Source of the DNA: Eggerthellaceae bacterium
GTDB lineage: Bacteria; Actinomycetota; Coriobacteriia; Coriobacteriales; Eggerthellaceae
Direction: 5' to 3'
DNA: 64,000 nt
Assembly (NCBI GenBank): GCA_963625925.1
Contig: CAVFVF010000003.1
Span: 2,476 to 66,475 of the forward strand
This document shows positions 27,224-37,682 of the stretch, piece after piece. The translations under genes and the position numbers were made by a program. Each line of letters begins with the position of its first letter. Positions within the stretch are counted from its first letter, which is position 1. The notes beneath the pieces were generated by a model, which ran no database searches, was not told where the DNA came from, and saw nothing but the letters and a program-made list of their open reading frames with translations.

Positions 27224-28720
27224 TTATGCGCGGCTTACGCGTGCGCCCTGCGGGGTATCTTCTACCACGTAGCCAATCTGACCCAAACGGTCGCGTACAG
27301 CATCGGCCAAGGCAAAATTCTTTTCTTTGCGGGCATCGGCGCGACGGGCCAGCAAGGTCTCGATTGCGGCTTCGGTGGTGTCGCCCGTAAAGCCTGCAAG
27401 CTCAGCGGCCAAGGCAATAACCTGCGCGTCTTCTTCGCCGCCTTCTGCAGCACCGGCGCCAAGCTCAACGCCCAACACGCCCAGCAGGTCGGACACCATA
27501 GCGGCACCGGCGCGAACCTGCGCGGCATCGCTTTGCCCCACCGTGCCGTTGTTCAGCATGGTGTTGGCCTCGGTCACAAAACCAAACACAGCACCCAAGG
27601 CACCTGCAGTGTTGAAGTCGTCGTCCATAGCATCGATAAAGGCATCGCACATAGCATCCATGGCAGCCTTATAGGCACCCGCATCAAAACCAACCGTATC
27701 TTCGGCAGCGTTCTGGCACAGCCATTCGGTGTTCTTTACGAAGTTTGCCAAGCGGCCCAGTGCGCTTTCCGCCTCGCCCAAGCGCTCATCAGAAAAATCG
27801 AGCGGGCTACGGTAATGCGTCTGCAACATAAGCATGCGCAGCGTGCGCGGATCGGTGGTTTTAAGCACGTCGCGCAAAAGCAGGAAGTTGCCCAGGCTCT
27901 TGGACATCTTTTCGTGGTTGATCTGCAGCATGCCGCCGTGAATCCAGTAATTGGCAAAGGTGCAGCCGCAAGCAGCTTCCGACTGAGCGCGCTCGTTTTC
28001 GTGGTGCGGGAAGGCCAAGTCGGCGCCGCCGCCGTGAATATCGAAGGGCAGGCCCAGGTACTTTTCCGACATGGCAGAGCACTCGATATGCCAGCCAGGG
28101 CGGCCTTGCCCCCAGGGGCTTTCCCACGAAGGCTCGCCAGGCTTTGCGGCCTTCCACAGGGCAAAATCCAGAGGGTCGCGCTTGCGATCTTCCAAGCCCT
28201 GGCCATCGGCGCGCAGTTCGCGATGGCCCGTTTCCATTTCGTCCACATTGCGGTTAGAAAGCTGACCGTACTTTTCGTACGAGCGCACGGCAAAGTACAC
28301 ATCGCCTTCCACAGCATAGGCGTGGCCTTCATCGATGAGCTTTTGCACCAGGGAAATCATCTCGCTGATTTCACCCGTTGCGCGCGGGCGCACATCAGGA
28401 TCCATTACCCCGGCAGCACGCATATCGTCGATAAACGCCTGGCCGTATTCAGCGGCAACTTCAGCGGCACTGCGGCCTTCCTCGTTAGCCTTCTTAATAA
28501 TCTTGTCGTCAACGTCGGTGATGTTCTGCACAAACTTCACCTCGTAGCCACGCCACAAAAGGTAACGGCGAATGGTATCGAACGAAATAAAGGTGCGAGC
28601 GTTGCCAATATGGATGTAGTTGTACACCGTGGGGCCGCACACATACATGTTTACCTTGCCCTCGTTTACCGGGATAAAGGGGCGCTTTTCGCGGGCCATA
28701 GTGTCATAGATCTTCAGCAT
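27224..28720 (-). CDS. cysS: Cysteine--tRNA ligase
   Basis: HIGNARTF (HIGH) and KMSKS motifs. ATG at 28720 after AGGAG; the track start at 28747 is an extension. Confidence 0.92.
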   Translation of the reverse strand: MLKIYDTMAREKRPFIPVNEGKVNMYVCGPTVYNYIHIGNARTFISFDTIRRYLLWRGYEVKFVQNITDVDDKIIKKANEEGRSAAEVAAEYGQAFIDDMRAAGVMDPDVRPRATGEISEMISLVQKLIDEGHAYAVEGDVYFAVRSYEKYGQLSNRNVDEMETGHRELRADGQGLEDRKRDPLDFALWKAAKPGEPSWESPWGQGRPGWHIECSAMSEKYLGLPFDIHGGGADLAFPHHENERAQSEAACGCTFANYWIHGGMLQINHEKMSKSLGNFLLLRDVLKTTDPRTLRMLMLQTHYRSPLDFSDERLGEAESALGRLANFVKNTEWLCQNAAEDTVGFDAGAYKAAMDAMCDAFIDAMDDDFNTAGALGAVFGFVTEANTMLNNGTVGQSDAAQVRAGAAMVSDLLGVLGVELGAGAAEGGEEDAQVIALAAELAGFTGDTTEAAIETLLARRADARKEKNFALADAVRDRLGQIGYVVEDTPQGARVSRA

Positions 28721-28788
28721 TGATACTCCTAAAGGAAAGCGCCACAAAGGCGCGGAATTAACACAGCGATGGAGGCGGGGCTTGCGCC

Positions 28789-29295
28789 CTAATTACAGCG
28801 GCAAACCAAAGCCACGGCCTGAGCGGAAATGCCTTCTTCGCGGCCTTCGAAACCAAGATGTTCGGTAGTAGTGGCCTTCACGCCCAAATTTTCAGACGAA
28901 ATGCCACAGGCGGCCGCCAAATTTTCGCGCATCTGGTCGCGGAAAGGCGAAAGCTTAGGCGCCTGAGCTGCAATAACGCAGTCGACATCAACAATCTCAA
29001 AGCCCTTTTCGCGCACCAGGTTGGCAACAGCGGCCAACAGCTTCAGCGAATCGGCACCTTTGTAGGCTGGGTCGGTATCGGGGAACAGCTTGCCAATGTC
29101 GCCGCCGCGAATGGCGCCCAGAAGGGCATCGGCCACAGCGTGCGCCAAAACATCGGCATCGGAATGACCGTCAAGGCCCCAGCGGTGCGGGATATGCACG
29201 CCGCCCAAAATGAGCTCGCGGCCTTCGGCGAAAGCGTGCACGTCGTAGCCCAGGCCAATACGCATGGCAGGCATGGCTGCGTTTTCTTGCGCCAC
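28789..29295 (-). CDS. ispF: 2-C-methyl-D-erythritol 2,4-cyclodiphosphate synthase
   Basis: [19 protein letters not shown] motifs. I chose the GTG at 29295, which lies 1 nt after the ispD stop and follows GAAGGAAGGGGAG. ATG at 29274 or 29265 are alternatives. Confidence 0.85.
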   Translation of the reverse strand: MAQENAAMPAMRIGLGYDVHAFAEGRELILGGVHIPHRWGLDGHSDADVLAHAVADALLGAIRGGDIGKLFPDTDPAYKGADSLKLLAAVANLVREKGFEIVDVDCVIAAQAPKLSPFRDQMRENLAAACGISSENLGVKATTTEHLGFEGREEGISAQAVALVCRCN

Positions 29296-29296
29296 G

Positions 29297-30151
29297 CTAC
29301 TCCCCTTCCTTCTGCTTGCGGTTATCTTCAAAAGCCGCATGAACCGCCGCCGAAATAAGCAGGTAGTCTTCAGGGACGGTGAGCTTGATATTGTCGCGCT
29401 TGCCTTCAACCATCAGCACGCGGCCACCCATGCGCTCGATAAGCGAAGAGTCGTCGGTGCCCACAAAGCCATCGGACAGGGCACTTGCGTGCGCTCGGCG
29501 ATAAATGCCCGCACGGAAAATCTGCGGGGTTTGCGCATTCCAGAACACAGAGCGATCGGGAGTGCCAACCACTACACCGTTTTCGACCACCTTAAGCGTG
29601 TCGATGGAAGGATGGCCCACCAGCGCGCCGTCGCAGTCGAAATTGCCCTTAATGGTGCTGATGGTGTGCTCGATAAGCTCCTTGGTTACCAGAGGGCGCG
29701 CACCGTCGTGCAGCATTACGAACTCGAATTCTTCGGGCACCAGCTCCAAACCCGAAAACGCCGATTCTTGGCGAATGGAGCCGGCGGGCGCCATAACAAT
29801 GGGCGTCACAAACGGAAACGGATCGATGGCCTTGGTAAGGTATTCGCTGGTGCGCTCTTCGGGGCACACAATAACGATGAGGCCCACATCAGGCACTGAA
29901 TCAAACACTTCAATGGAGCGGGTAAGAATGGGCTTGCCCAGAATTTCCACCAGCTGCTTGCCGCCTTCGCGGCCAAAACGCTCGCCACTGCCGCCAGCCA
30001 AGATGATCGCAGCGGTTTTAGGGTTCTTAGCAACAACGCCCTCAAGACGGGGCTCCGTCTTCAGGGCGTCGTAAGTAATGTCATCGAACATCGCCATCGC
30101 GTTTTCCAGCACGCTGGGCGAATAAATGGGGTCGATGGTGTTTTCAGTCAT
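29297..30151 (-). CDS. ispD: 2-C-methyl-D-erythritol 4-phosphate cytidylyltransferase
   Basis: [17 protein letters not shown] motif. AGGAG 6 nt upstream of the ATG. About 40 aa of N-terminal extension relative to typical IspD. Confidence 0.88.
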   Translation of the reverse strand: MTENTIDPIYSPSVLENAMAMFDDITYDALKTEPRLEGVVAKNPKTAAIILAGGSGERFGREGGKQLVEILGKPILTRSIEVFDSVPDVGLIVIVCPEERTSEYLTKAIDPFPFVTPIVMAPAGSIRQESAFSGLELVPEEFEFVMLHDGARPLVTKELIEHTISTIKGNFDCDGALVGHPSIDTLKVVENGVVVGTPDRSVFWNAQTPQIFRAGIYRRAHASALSDGFVGTDDSSLIERMGGRVLMVEGKRDNIKLTVPEDYLLISAAVHAAFEDNRKQKEGE

Positions 30152-30216
30152 TAGAGGCTCCTGTACGCCAAATGCAGCTTTCCAAAGCTGCGGGCTTGGC
30201 GCCGCGCACCTCTGGG

Positions 30217-32781
30217 TTAATCGGCTGCCTGACCTCCTGCCGAAGATCCGCCGCGCGAAGAAAGCCCCGCATGGCCCAAATCGTAGCTAGCAAGAAGCAG
30301 CTCAGCCTCAGTAGCTATGGTATCACGCTTGCGCGGTGCGGGAATAGCGCCGGTGCCCGGTTCGAAGGTAAGGTGATCGTCTTCCACATCAACCTGGATA
30401 ACCGAACCGCTGGTCCACTTGCCCTCAAGCAGCTGCTCGGAAAGCGGATCTTCGATAAGGCGCTGGATAGCACGGCGAAGCGGGCGGGCGCCAAAGGAAA
30501 GATCGGTGCCTTCCTTGGCCACAAAACGACTTGCTTCGGCAGTAAGGTTGATGGTCATGTTCTGCTCGATAAGGCGCTCGCGCAAATCGGCAACCATCAG
30601 GTCGACGATTTCTACGATTTCCTCTTCCGAGAGCGACTTGAACACGATGATCTCATCGATGCGGTTCAGGAATTCGGGGCGGAAGAGCTTCTTAACCTCG
30701 CCCATTACGCGCTGCTTCATTTCCTTGTCGTCCATGCCACCGTTGGCGCTGCCGGTAAAGCCCAGCGGCGTGGTTGCGGTAATTTCGCGCGCACCAACGT
30801 TGGAGGTCATGATGATGACGGTGTTGCGGAAGTCCACCACGCGGCCCTGCGAATCGGTAAGGCGGCCTTCCTCCAAAATCTGCAGCAGGATGTTGAACAC
30901 ATCGGGGTGCGCCTTTTCGATTTCGTCAAAGAGCACCACCGAATACGGGCGCTGGCGCACAGCCGTGGTAAGCTGGCCGCCCTCGTCGTAGCCCACGTAG
31001 CCCGGAGGCGAACCAACCAAGCGGCTTACGCTGTGCTTTTCCATGTACTCCGACATGTCAAAGCTGATAAGGGCTTCTTCGGAATTGAACAGGAATTCGG
31101 CCAAAGCCTTGGAAAGCTCGGTTTTGCCCACGCCCGAAGGGCCCAGGAAAATAAACGAGCCGCCAGGGCGCTTGGGGTCTTTCAGGCCCGAGCGCGAACG
31201 GCGGATAGCCTTGGAAAGCGCAGTTACCGCTTCGTCCTGGCCAATTACGCGCTCGTGCAGCACCTGCTCCATGCGCAGCAGCTTTTCGGTTTCGGCTTCG
31301 GTGAGGTTGGAAACGGGCACGCCGGTGGTCATAGAAACCACGTCGGCCACGTCGTCGACGGCAACCTCGTTTACTTCCTTGTTGGTTTTTTCCTGCCAGT
31401 CCTTCTGAGCCTGCTTGCGCTTTTCTTCAAGCTCAAGCTCCTTTTCGTGCAGGGTATCGGCCTTCTTGTAGTCTTGGGCAGCAATTGCCGAATCCTTCTG
31501 GGTGCGAACGCTGCGAAGCTCGTCGTCGATGGCCTGGATTTCTTCGGGCAGCACCATATGACGAATGCGCATACGAGCGCCGGCCTCGTCCAAAACATCG
31601 ATGGCCTTGTCGGGCAGGAAGCGATCTTGAATGTAGCGATTAGAAAGACTTACCGCGGCCTGGATGGCTTCATCGGTGAAGTGAACGTGATGATGCTGTT
31701 CATAGCGATCGCGCAGACCTTCCAAAATACGAACGGCCTGCTCTTCGCCGGGCTCCTTAACCACTACGGTTTGGAAGCGGCGTTCGAAGGCGCTGTCCTT
31801 TTCAAGGTGCTTGCGATATTCATCCAGCGTAGTGGCGCCAATGATCTGAATTTCACCACGGCTCAGCGGCGGCTTCAGAATAGCCGCAGCATCGATGGAG
31901 CCCTCGGCGGAACCAGCACCGATAAGGGTATGCATCTCGTCGATGAACAAGATGATGTCGCCCGCCTGCTCAACTTCCTTGATGCATTTTTTCAGGCGCT
32001 CTTCGAATTCACCGCGATACTTGGATCCGGCAACCAAAGCCGAAACGTCCAGCGTCACAATGCGCACATTGTGCAGCAGGTCGGGCACCTGATTGGCAAC
32101 AATAAGCTGCGCCAAGCCTTCGGCGATGGCGGTTTTGCCTACACCCGGCTCGCCAATAAGCAGCGGGTTGTTCTTCTGGCGGCGCACCAAAATTTGCATG
32201 ACGCGCTCGATTTCGCCCGCGCGGCCAATAACTGGGTCGAGCTTGCCTTCACTTGCCTTCTTGGTAAGGTCGGTGCCAAATTCTTTAAGCATGCTGTCCG
32301 ACGTATTGTTGTTGCCGAAGATGGCGCCCGCCAACACGGCCGCAGGCGAGCCAACAGCATCATTGAGCGCAGCGCGCACTGCCTCGGGCTCAACGCCCAT
32401 GCTCTTCAGCACATCGATGGCCGTGCCTTCGTTTTCGCGCACAATGCCCAACAGCAAATGCTCGGTGGAAATGTAGCTTTTACCCATCTGCATCGATTCG
32501 CGCAGGGCGTTTTCCAGCACGCGCTTAACACGCGGGGTAAAGCTCAGGTGGCCCGAAACATCGGTGCTCGGGTCGACGGTTACTGCCTGGCGCACTGCTT
32601 CAAGAGCAGCTTCATGCTCAACACCAAGCTGTTTTAGAGCCTGGCCGGCCAAACCGTCGTCTTTAGTAAGGGCCAAAAGCACATGTTCGGTGCCCACGTA
32701 AGGCTGGTGCAACGCGCGAGCCTCTTCCTGGGCCATTACCAAAACTTTTCTGGCCTTGTCAGTGAACTTGTCGAAGGACAT
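30217..32781 (-). CDS. clpC: ATP-dependent Clp protease ATP-binding subunit ClpC
   Basis: 854 aa. Duplicated Clp_N repeats, two AAA+ modules ([16 protein letters not shown]), a UVR-like linker ([18 protein letters not shown]), and a PLGF loop. Confidence 0.92.
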   Translation of the reverse strand: MSFDKFTDKARKVLVMAQEEARALHQPYVGTEHVLLALTKDDGLAGQALKQLGVEHEAALEAVRQAVTVDPSTDVSGHLSFTPRVKRVLENALRESMQMGKSYISTEHLLLGIVRENEGTAIDVLKSMGVEPEAVRAALNDAVGSPAAVLAGAIFGNNNTSDSMLKEFGTDLTKKASEGKLDPVIGRAGEIERVMQILVRRQKNNPLLIGEPGVGKTAIAEGLAQLIVANQVPDLLHNVRIVTLDVSALVAGSKYRGEFEERLKKCIKEVEQAGDIILFIDEMHTLIGAGSAEGSIDAAAILKPPLSRGEIQIIGATTLDEYRKHLEKDSAFERRFQTVVVKEPGEEQAVRILEGLRDRYEQHHHVHFTDEAIQAAVSLSNRYIQDRFLPDKAIDVLDEAGARMRIRHMVLPEEIQAIDDELRSVRTQKDSAIAAQDYKKADTLHEKELELEEKRKQAQKDWQEKTNKEVNEVAVDDVADVVSMTTGVPVSNLTEAETEKLLRMEQVLHERVIGQDEAVTALSKAIRRSRSGLKDPKRPGGSFIFLGPSGVGKTELSKALAEFLFNSEEALISFDMSEYMEKHSVSRLVGSPPGYVGYDEGGQLTTAVRQRPYSVVLFDEIEKAHPDVFNILLQILEEGRLTDSQGRVVDFRNTVIIMTSNVGAREITATTPLGFTGSANGGMDDKEMKQRVMGEVKKLFRPEFLNRIDEIIVFKSLSEEEIVEIVDLMVADLRERLIEQNMTINLTAEASRFVAKEGTDLSFGARPLRRAIQRLIEDPLSEQLLEGKWTSGSVIQVDVEDDHLTFEPGTGAIPAPRKRDTIATEAELLLASYDLGHAGLSSRGGSSAGGQAAD

Positions 32782-32831
32782 GTAAGCCTCGTTTCTCTCG
32801 GCAAGTTGGTGTTTTATTGCTTCGGTTCATG

Positions 32832-32858
32832 CTAGCACTCAATGCAAACGACTGCTAA
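32832..32858. promoter_or_regulatory. CIRCE-like inverted repeat upstream of clpC
   Basis: The - strand reads TTAGCAGTC-N9-GAGTGCTAG, which matches 16 of 18 positions of the CIRCE consensus TTAGCACTC-N9-GAGTGCTAA. It lies 51-77 nt upstream of the clpC ATG. Confidence 0.5.
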
Positions 32859-32885
32859 CACGTAACGCAACTGTAGCCAGAACGC

Positions 32886-32910
32886 AAAAACGCCCTGAAA
32901 ATCAGGGCGT
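32886..32910 (-). terminator. Terminator downstream of lysS and its duplicated 3' fragment
   Basis: The - strand reads acgccctga-ttt-tcagggcgt then TTTTT. Confidence 0.7.
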
Positions 32911-32957
32911 TTCAACAACTATTTAGCTTCAGGGCGCATGTGGGGGATCGAACAGCC
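32911..32957 (-). pseudogene. Degenerate duplicate of the last codons plus stop of lysS
   Basis: A 23-bp exact match (ttcaacaactatttagcttcagg) to 33072-33094, then 11/14. The - strand reads ..PHMRPEAK-stop, as in the true lysS end. Confidence 0.75.
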
Positions 32958-33079
32958 CAGTGGGCTGTTCGACCGCGAGCACCGCGAAGGCGGAGCGCAG
33001 CGGGCACTGTATTCCCCGGCGCGAGCCGGAGTGCTGCTGTTCCCGCTAGAAAATCGCGGCGCTAAGAGAGCTTCAACAA

Positions 33080-34579
33080 CTATTTAGCTTCAGGACGCAT
33101 ATGCGGGAACAGCAGCACATCCCTAATGGAAGGCTGGTTCGTAAGCAGCATCACCACGCGGTCGACGCCGATGCCAATGCCACCAGCAGGAGGCATGCCA
33201 TATTCCAGGGCGCGCACGTAGTCGGTGTCGTATTCCATGGCCTCGTCGTCGCCAGAAGCCTTTTCTTCCATCTGCTTCTGGAAGCGCTCTGCCTGATCGA
33301 CCGGGTCATTCAGCTCACTGAACGCGTTGGCGTATTCATGACCGGCAATAACCAGCTCGAAGCGGTCGGTAAGGCGCGGCTCATGCTCAAAGCGCTTAGC
33401 CAGCGGGCTTACCTCTACCGGATAGTCAACAACAAAAGTGGGGTTAACAATGGTGGGCTCGCCAATTTCGTCGTACAACTCGGCAATGAGCTTGCCGGCG
33501 GTCCACTCAGGCTTAACCTCAATGTCGTTCTTCTTGGCAAGCTCAGCCAAGTGCTCAACCGGGGTATCCAGGGTAATTTCTTCGCCCAAAGCGTCGGATA
33601 CAACCTTGGTCATAGGGATAGAAGGCCATTCGCCCGAAAGGTCGATGGTCATTCCCTGATACTCCAGCTGCTCGGTGTCGTTAACGGCAGCGTTTGCCGC
33701 CTTGATAACGCCCTGAGCCAGAGCCTTCATACCCTGCAGGTCGTTGAAGGCGCAATAAGCCTCCATGGAAGTAAACTCGGGGTTGTGCGTGCGGTCCATG
33801 CCTTCGTTGCGGAAGATACGGCCAATTTCAAACACGCGCTCAAAGCCGCCCACCAGCAGGCGCTTCAGGTGCAGCTCGGTTGCAATGCGCAGGTAGTTTT
33901 CCTGGTCGAGCGCATTGAAGTGCGTAATGAAGGGCTTTGCGGTAGCGCCGCCTTGGATGGTTTGCAGAATGGGCGTTTCTACCTCGTAGTAGCCATCGGC
34001 TTCCATGTAACGGCGGAAAGCGGAAAGAATCTTGGAGCGCTTAACAAAGGTGCTGTACACATCTTCGTTAACGATAAGGTCTACGTAGCGCTGACGGTAA
34101 CGAATTTCCTTATCGGAAAGGCCGTGGAACTTTTCGGGCAGGGGGCGCAGGCTCTTGGAAAGAAGCTCAAAGCCATCTACCGCAACCGAAAGCTGGCCGC
34201 GGCGGGTACGCATCATAAGGCCGTTAACGCCAATCCAGTCGCCCAGGTCCAAATCCTTCATTTCGGCGAAGGCGTCTTCGCCCAGAGCGTTGATGCGGCA
34301 GAACAGCTGAATGCGGCCGGTGGAATCCATCAGCTCGAAGAAGATGATCTTGCCCTGGGCGCGCTTGGCCATAACACGGCCAGCAACCGCAACGCGGTCT
34401 TCGGTGTTGGCGCCGTCTTCAAGCTCGGCGTACTTTTCGTCCAGTTCGGCAATGTGATGCGTGTAGTTGAAGGCATGACCGTAGGGGTTTTTGCCCGCGG
34501 CGATAAGCGCTTCACGCTTAGCACGGCGAACCTCAATCGGGTCGTCTTCGATAACCGTATCAGTAGTTTCTTCAGCCAT
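33080..34579 (-). CDS. lysS: Lysine--tRNA ligase (class II)
   Basis: 499 aa. OB-fold N-domain and class II motifs (FRNEGMDRTHNPEFTSMEAY, GGIGIGVDRVVMLL). AAGGAAA RBS. Confidence 0.93.
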   Translation of the reverse strand: MAEETTDTVIEDDPIEVRRAKREALIAAGKNPYGHAFNYTHHIAELDEKYAELEDGANTEDRVAVAGRVMAKRAQGKIIFFELMDSTGRIQLFCRINALGEDAFAEMKDLDLGDWIGVNGLMMRTRRGQLSVAVDGFELLSKSLRPLPEKFHGLSDKEIRYRQRYVDLIVNEDVYSTFVKRSKILSAFRRYMEADGYYEVETPILQTIQGGATAKPFITHFNALDQENYLRIATELHLKRLLVGGFERVFEIGRIFRNEGMDRTHNPEFTSMEAYCAFNDLQGMKALAQGVIKAANAAVNDTEQLEYQGMTIDLSGEWPSIPMTKVVSDALGEEITLDTPVEHLAELAKKNDIEVKPEWTAGKLIAELYDEIGEPTIVNPTFVVDYPVEVSPLAKRFEHEPRLTDRFELVIAGHEYANAFSELNDPVDQAERFQKQMEEKASGDDEAMEYDTDYVRALEYGMPPAGGIGIGVDRVVMLLTNQPSIRDVLLFPHMRPEAK

Positions 34580-34801
34580 TTGGTTTCCTTAAATAGTCTG
34601 TTTGATGGCAGTTAACGTAGTAACAGCAAAAGCTGCAGGCATCTCGCTGTTCAACCAACGGGATGCCGGAGCATGCGCCAATAAGCTAGCAAGGGCGGGC
34701 CCGGCGCCTCGAATTCGGGCGGAAGAAAAGCAAAGCGTACCTGGTACGTGAGCTTTTCAACCGCGCAAAGGCGGGGTGCACAGCTTGCCGCAGCGAAGCC
34801 C

Positions 34802-35269
34802 CTAGTGCTCGATTTTGATAATCTTCGCCTTGATCTCGCGGCCGGTGGGGCCCTGAGCTACAACTTCTTCGCCCTTCTTGTGGCCCAACAATGCAGCGCC
34901 TACGGGGCTTTCGTTGGAGATTTTGCCCTGAGAAGAATCGGCTTCGGCACCGCCTACGATAGTGAACACGCGCTCGTTGCCGCCCATTTCAACGGTTACG
35001 GTGCTGCCGATGTTCACAACGCCCGACTTCTTGGGAGCCTCTACAACAGTAGCCTCGCCCAGGATGCGGGTGATCTCGGCAATGCGAGCCTCGTTTGCGC
35101 TCTGCTCGTTCTTGGCGTCGTCGTACTCAGAGTTCTCGGAAATATCGCCGAACTCACGAGCTACACGAATGCGGTCGCCGATTTCAGCGCGCTTTTCGGT
35201 TTCCAGGAAATGAAGCTCCTCTTCGAGCTTTTCCTTACCTTCTTGAGTGAGTACGTAATTGTTGTCCAT
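34802..35269 (-). CDS. greA: Transcription elongation factor GreA
   Basis: 155 aa. Coiled-coil N-domain with acidic tip (GDISENSEYDDAK) and a C-terminal FKBP-like domain. Confidence 0.92.
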   Translation of the reverse strand: MDNNYVLTQEGKEKLEEELHFLETEKRAEIGDRIRVAREFGDISENSEYDDAKNEQSANEARIAEITRILGEATVVEAPKKSGVVNIGSTVTVEMGGNERVFTIVGGAEADSSQGKISNESPVGAALLGHKKGEEVVAQGPTGREIKAKIIKIEH

Positions 35270-35320
35270 GGTTTTACACCCCTCGACCGCACTGCGGCCA
35301 TTTCCTTTCCTTATACCTGC

Positions 35321-35347
35321 AAAAGGGCGCGCCGAAGCGTGCCCTTT
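35321..35347 (-). terminator. Terminator after tatA
   Basis: 8-bp GC stem with a CGAA/TTCG loop and a T-run on the - strand. Confidence 0.6.
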
Positions 35348-35377
35348 GCGTAACCATATTTTAAAGCCGTTTGGCTA

Positions 35378-35743
35378 TTAGGCCTCTTCTACCTGGCTCT
35401 TGGGAGCAGGCTTTGCTGCAGGAGCCTGTTCAGGCTCTGCCGCGGCCTGAGCGGCAGGCTCGGGCTTTGCAGCGGGTGCCGGCTCGGCGGCAGCTGCAGG
35501 AGCAGGCTCAGGCTTTTCGATAAGCTCAACTTCAATATCGTCAGACTTAGAAGATGCAGCTGCTTCAGCTTCGCCAGCCTCGTCAACTTTCTTCTTCTTG
35601 CCACCGCTCAAACCTTCGCGAAGATTCTTCACGGTTTTACCGATAGCGGTACCAAGCTTGGGAAGATTCTTAGGCCCAAACAGAACCAAGATGACAATGA
35701 GGATAATGGCGATTTCCAAAGGGCCAAAAGGACCGATCTTCAT
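35378..35743 (-). CDS. tatA: Twin-arginine translocase TatA/E-family protein with Ala/Pro/Glu-rich tail
   Basis: N-terminus GPLEIAIILIVILVLFGPKNLPKLGTAIGK. GGAGGTG RBS. Confidence 0.88.
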   Translation of the reverse strand: MKIGPFGPLEIAIILIVILVLFGPKNLPKLGTAIGKTVKNLREGLSGGKKKKVDEAGEAEAAASSKSDDIEVELIEKPEPAPAAAAEPAPAAKPEPAAQAAAEPEQAPAAKPAPKSQVEEA

Positions 35744-35863
35744 GAAACACCTCCGTGTTTTTAGGGCGCCGGCCTTGCGGCTTTTGCCCGCTTATTCCGA
35801 GTACAACTGCACTCTAACAAAAAAGAGCGGCGCCCTTTGCAGGACACCCCTCAACGGTTGCAA

Positions 35864-35940
35864 TGGTCGGGATGACAGGATTCGAACCTGCGACCTCTGC
35901 GTCCCGAACGCAGCGCTCTACCAAGCTGAGCCACATCCCG
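35864..35940 (-). tRNA. tRNA-Pro (anticodon CGG), CCA encoded
   Basis: The reverse complement reads CGGGATGTGGCTCAGCTTGGTAGAGCGCTGCGTTCGGGACGCAGAGGTCGCAGGTTCGAATCCTGTCATCCCGACCA. The anticodon loop is TTCGGGA. Confidence 0.9.
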
Positions 35941-36087
35941 TTGTTGTGATTTAGCGGGTGCTATAGTACCACACTTCCCCACAAAGCAAGAGGGCGCCAT
36001 GCGCGCCCTCCATAACTCACGTTTTAGACATTCGCCAACAAACCGGCAAGGCCATACACGGCAAAACTTGCACCTAGAAAACAGCCG

Positions 36088-37143
36088 CTAGCCCGAATAC
36101 CTCACGTACCACATGCCGCTGTGCACGGCGCTGATTTTAACCACATCGCCGGTATGGGGCGCGTGGATCATCTTTCCGTTGCCAATGTATACGCCGGTGT
36201 GATGGCTGTTCAAGCAGAAGTCGCCCGGCTGCGGATCGGTTACGCGCGTCCAGTTGGCCATGGTGTAGGTGGTGCACCAATGATTGCCCATAACGCCGGT
36301 AATGCAGTAGCCAACCAGGCCAGAGCAGTCGAAGCTGTTAGGGCCGGCAGCGCCCCATACATAGGGCTTGCCCAGCTGAGCATAAGCGCGGTCGACAACG
36401 GTGTTGCCCGTTACTGCCTGCACGGCACTGTTGTTTACCTTAGAAGAACCGCCCGAAGATGCTGCTGCGGCTGCTGCAGCTGCAGCCTGACGTGCCTGTT
36501 CGGCAGCTTCTTCTTCCTGGCGGAGCAATTCCTGTGCTTCGGCAGAAAGGGTATCGTATGCGGTTTGCAGCTCGGCGGTAGTGGCTTCAGCCTGCTCCTT
36601 TACCGCCTTGGCCTGCTCCGACTTTTCTGCCGCTACCTGAGCCTGCTGTTCGGCTTCAGCCTGGGCGGCTTCCAGCTCAGCGCGAGCATCCTTGGTCTGA
36701 GAAACCAAAGCAGCATCGTTGTCGTTGAGCTTTTCGAGCGTGTTCCAGGTGGTGGCAAATTCCTCAAACGAAGAAGCGCCCAGAATTACATCGATAAAGC
36801 TGGTATCGCCCGAGCGGTACATGTTGCGGGCACGATCGCCCAGCTTTTCCTGATAGCCCTGGATTTCCTTGGTTTTGGCCTCTACCTTTTCCTGAGCTTC
36901 GGCAACCTTCTGCTCGGCAGCTTCCTGCTCTTCAACTGCCTGGTAATAATCGTTGGAAGCCTGGTCCAACTGATCCTGCATGTTGTTAAGCTCGGTAAGC
37001 TTAGCCTGAGCTTCGGCCTGCTTTTCGGCGGCAGTAGGATCGGCCACAGCCATGGAAGTGGGTACTGCAAGGGTTACCGCCAAAAGAGCGGCGGTGCCGG
37101 CAGAAATAACAGCGCGCTTATGCTGCGCAAAAGAAATGCCCAT
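36088..37143 (-). CDS. Secreted peptidoglycan hydrolase: N-terminal coiled coil plus C-terminal NlpC/P60 domain (paralog 1)
   Basis: Signal/anchor, ~200 aa of Ala/Glu/Gln-rich heptad-like sequence, then a P60 core (GKPYVWGAAGPNSFDCSGLV..HHTGVYIG..IHAP). I prefer the ATG at 37143. Confidence 0.85.
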   Translation of the reverse strand: MGISFAQHKRAVISAGTAALLAVTLAVPTSMAVADPTAAEKQAEAQAKLTELNNMQDQLDQASNDYYQAVEEQEAAEQKVAEAQEKVEAKTKEIQGYQEKLGDRARNMYRSGDTSFIDVILGASSFEEFATTWNTLEKLNDNDAALVSQTKDARAELEAAQAEAEQQAQVAAEKSEQAKAVKEQAEATTAELQTAYDTLSAEAQELLRQEEEAAEQARQAAAAAAAAASSGGSSKVNNSAVQAVTGNTVVDRAYAQLGKPYVWGAAGPNSFDCSGLVGYCITGVMGNHWCTTYTMANWTRVTDPQPGDFCLNSHHTGVYIGNGKMIHAPHTGDVVKISAVHSGMWYVRYSG

Positions 37144-37469
37144 CGTTAGGTCCCCCTGGTGAATGCATTTAATTAGTACGTTTGGGTGATAGGTGTACCT
37201 ATGGTACCAGTACAACGCTGTGCCCTACAACGCCAACCACAAAATCACCCCTACGCCACTTTAGTGACATTTCTTTGCTCAGCTGCCCCAGGCAAGGGCG
37301 CCCAATATTCCGCTCAAGACACCCGTTTCCCTATTCAAGCAACTCGCTTTTAGCGAGAAGCTTGAATGCGGTCACTGCTTCATGCTTTAGAAGAAGATTC
37401 GCTTTGCGAATCGTTTGGAAATGGCTTTCAGAGTGTCTTTCGCGGAACGTTGGGCGCCCTTGCCTTGTC

Positions 37470-37676
37470 GATGCCCTTGCCCTTTGGGGCAACAAGCCTT
37501 GCGGGTATTGGCGAACACGCCTTTCCTAAAGAAACAAAAAGGCCCGCCGAAGCGGGCCTTTGATGCTTAGCGCGATGCCCTTGCCTTTGGGGCAACAAGC
37601 CTTGCGGGTATTGGCGAACACGCTTTTCCTGAAGAAACAAAAAGGCCCGCCGAAGCGGGCCTTTGATGCTTAGCGC
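37470..37676. repeat. Tandem ~104-bp repeat (two copies), each carrying a - strand terminator
   Basis: 37470-37573 and 37574-37676 differ by one indel and two substitutions. Each copy contains aggcccgc-cgaa-gcgggcct with a T-run on the - strand. Confidence 0.9.
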
Positions 37677-37682
37677 TAACTA

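Noticed and set aside
30172-32637. 821-aa + strand ORF. Similar long + strand ORFs are at 58375-60612, 33101-34615, 27185-28723, 22060-23385, 49889-51214 and 55389-56915.
   Set aside because: Each lies antisense to a - strand gene with clear family motifs (clpC, glnN, lysS, cysS, ABC-F, hom, ilvE). Their products are low complexity and rich in Ala, Arg, Gly and His with no motifs or RBS. These are typical shadow ORFs of GC-rich DNA.
37144-37470. Possible cyclic-di-AMP (ydaO-type) riboswitch in the leaders of the NlpC/P60 genes (also 38772-39200). Such riboswitches precede cell-wall hydrolase genes in other Actinobacteria.
   Set aside because: Only scattered fragments are present (GTAGGGGTGAtt, GGGGCAGCTGAGC), and they are in the wrong order relative to the ydaO consensus. 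I could not assemble the pseudo-twofold architecture. Cmscan with RF00379 would settle it.
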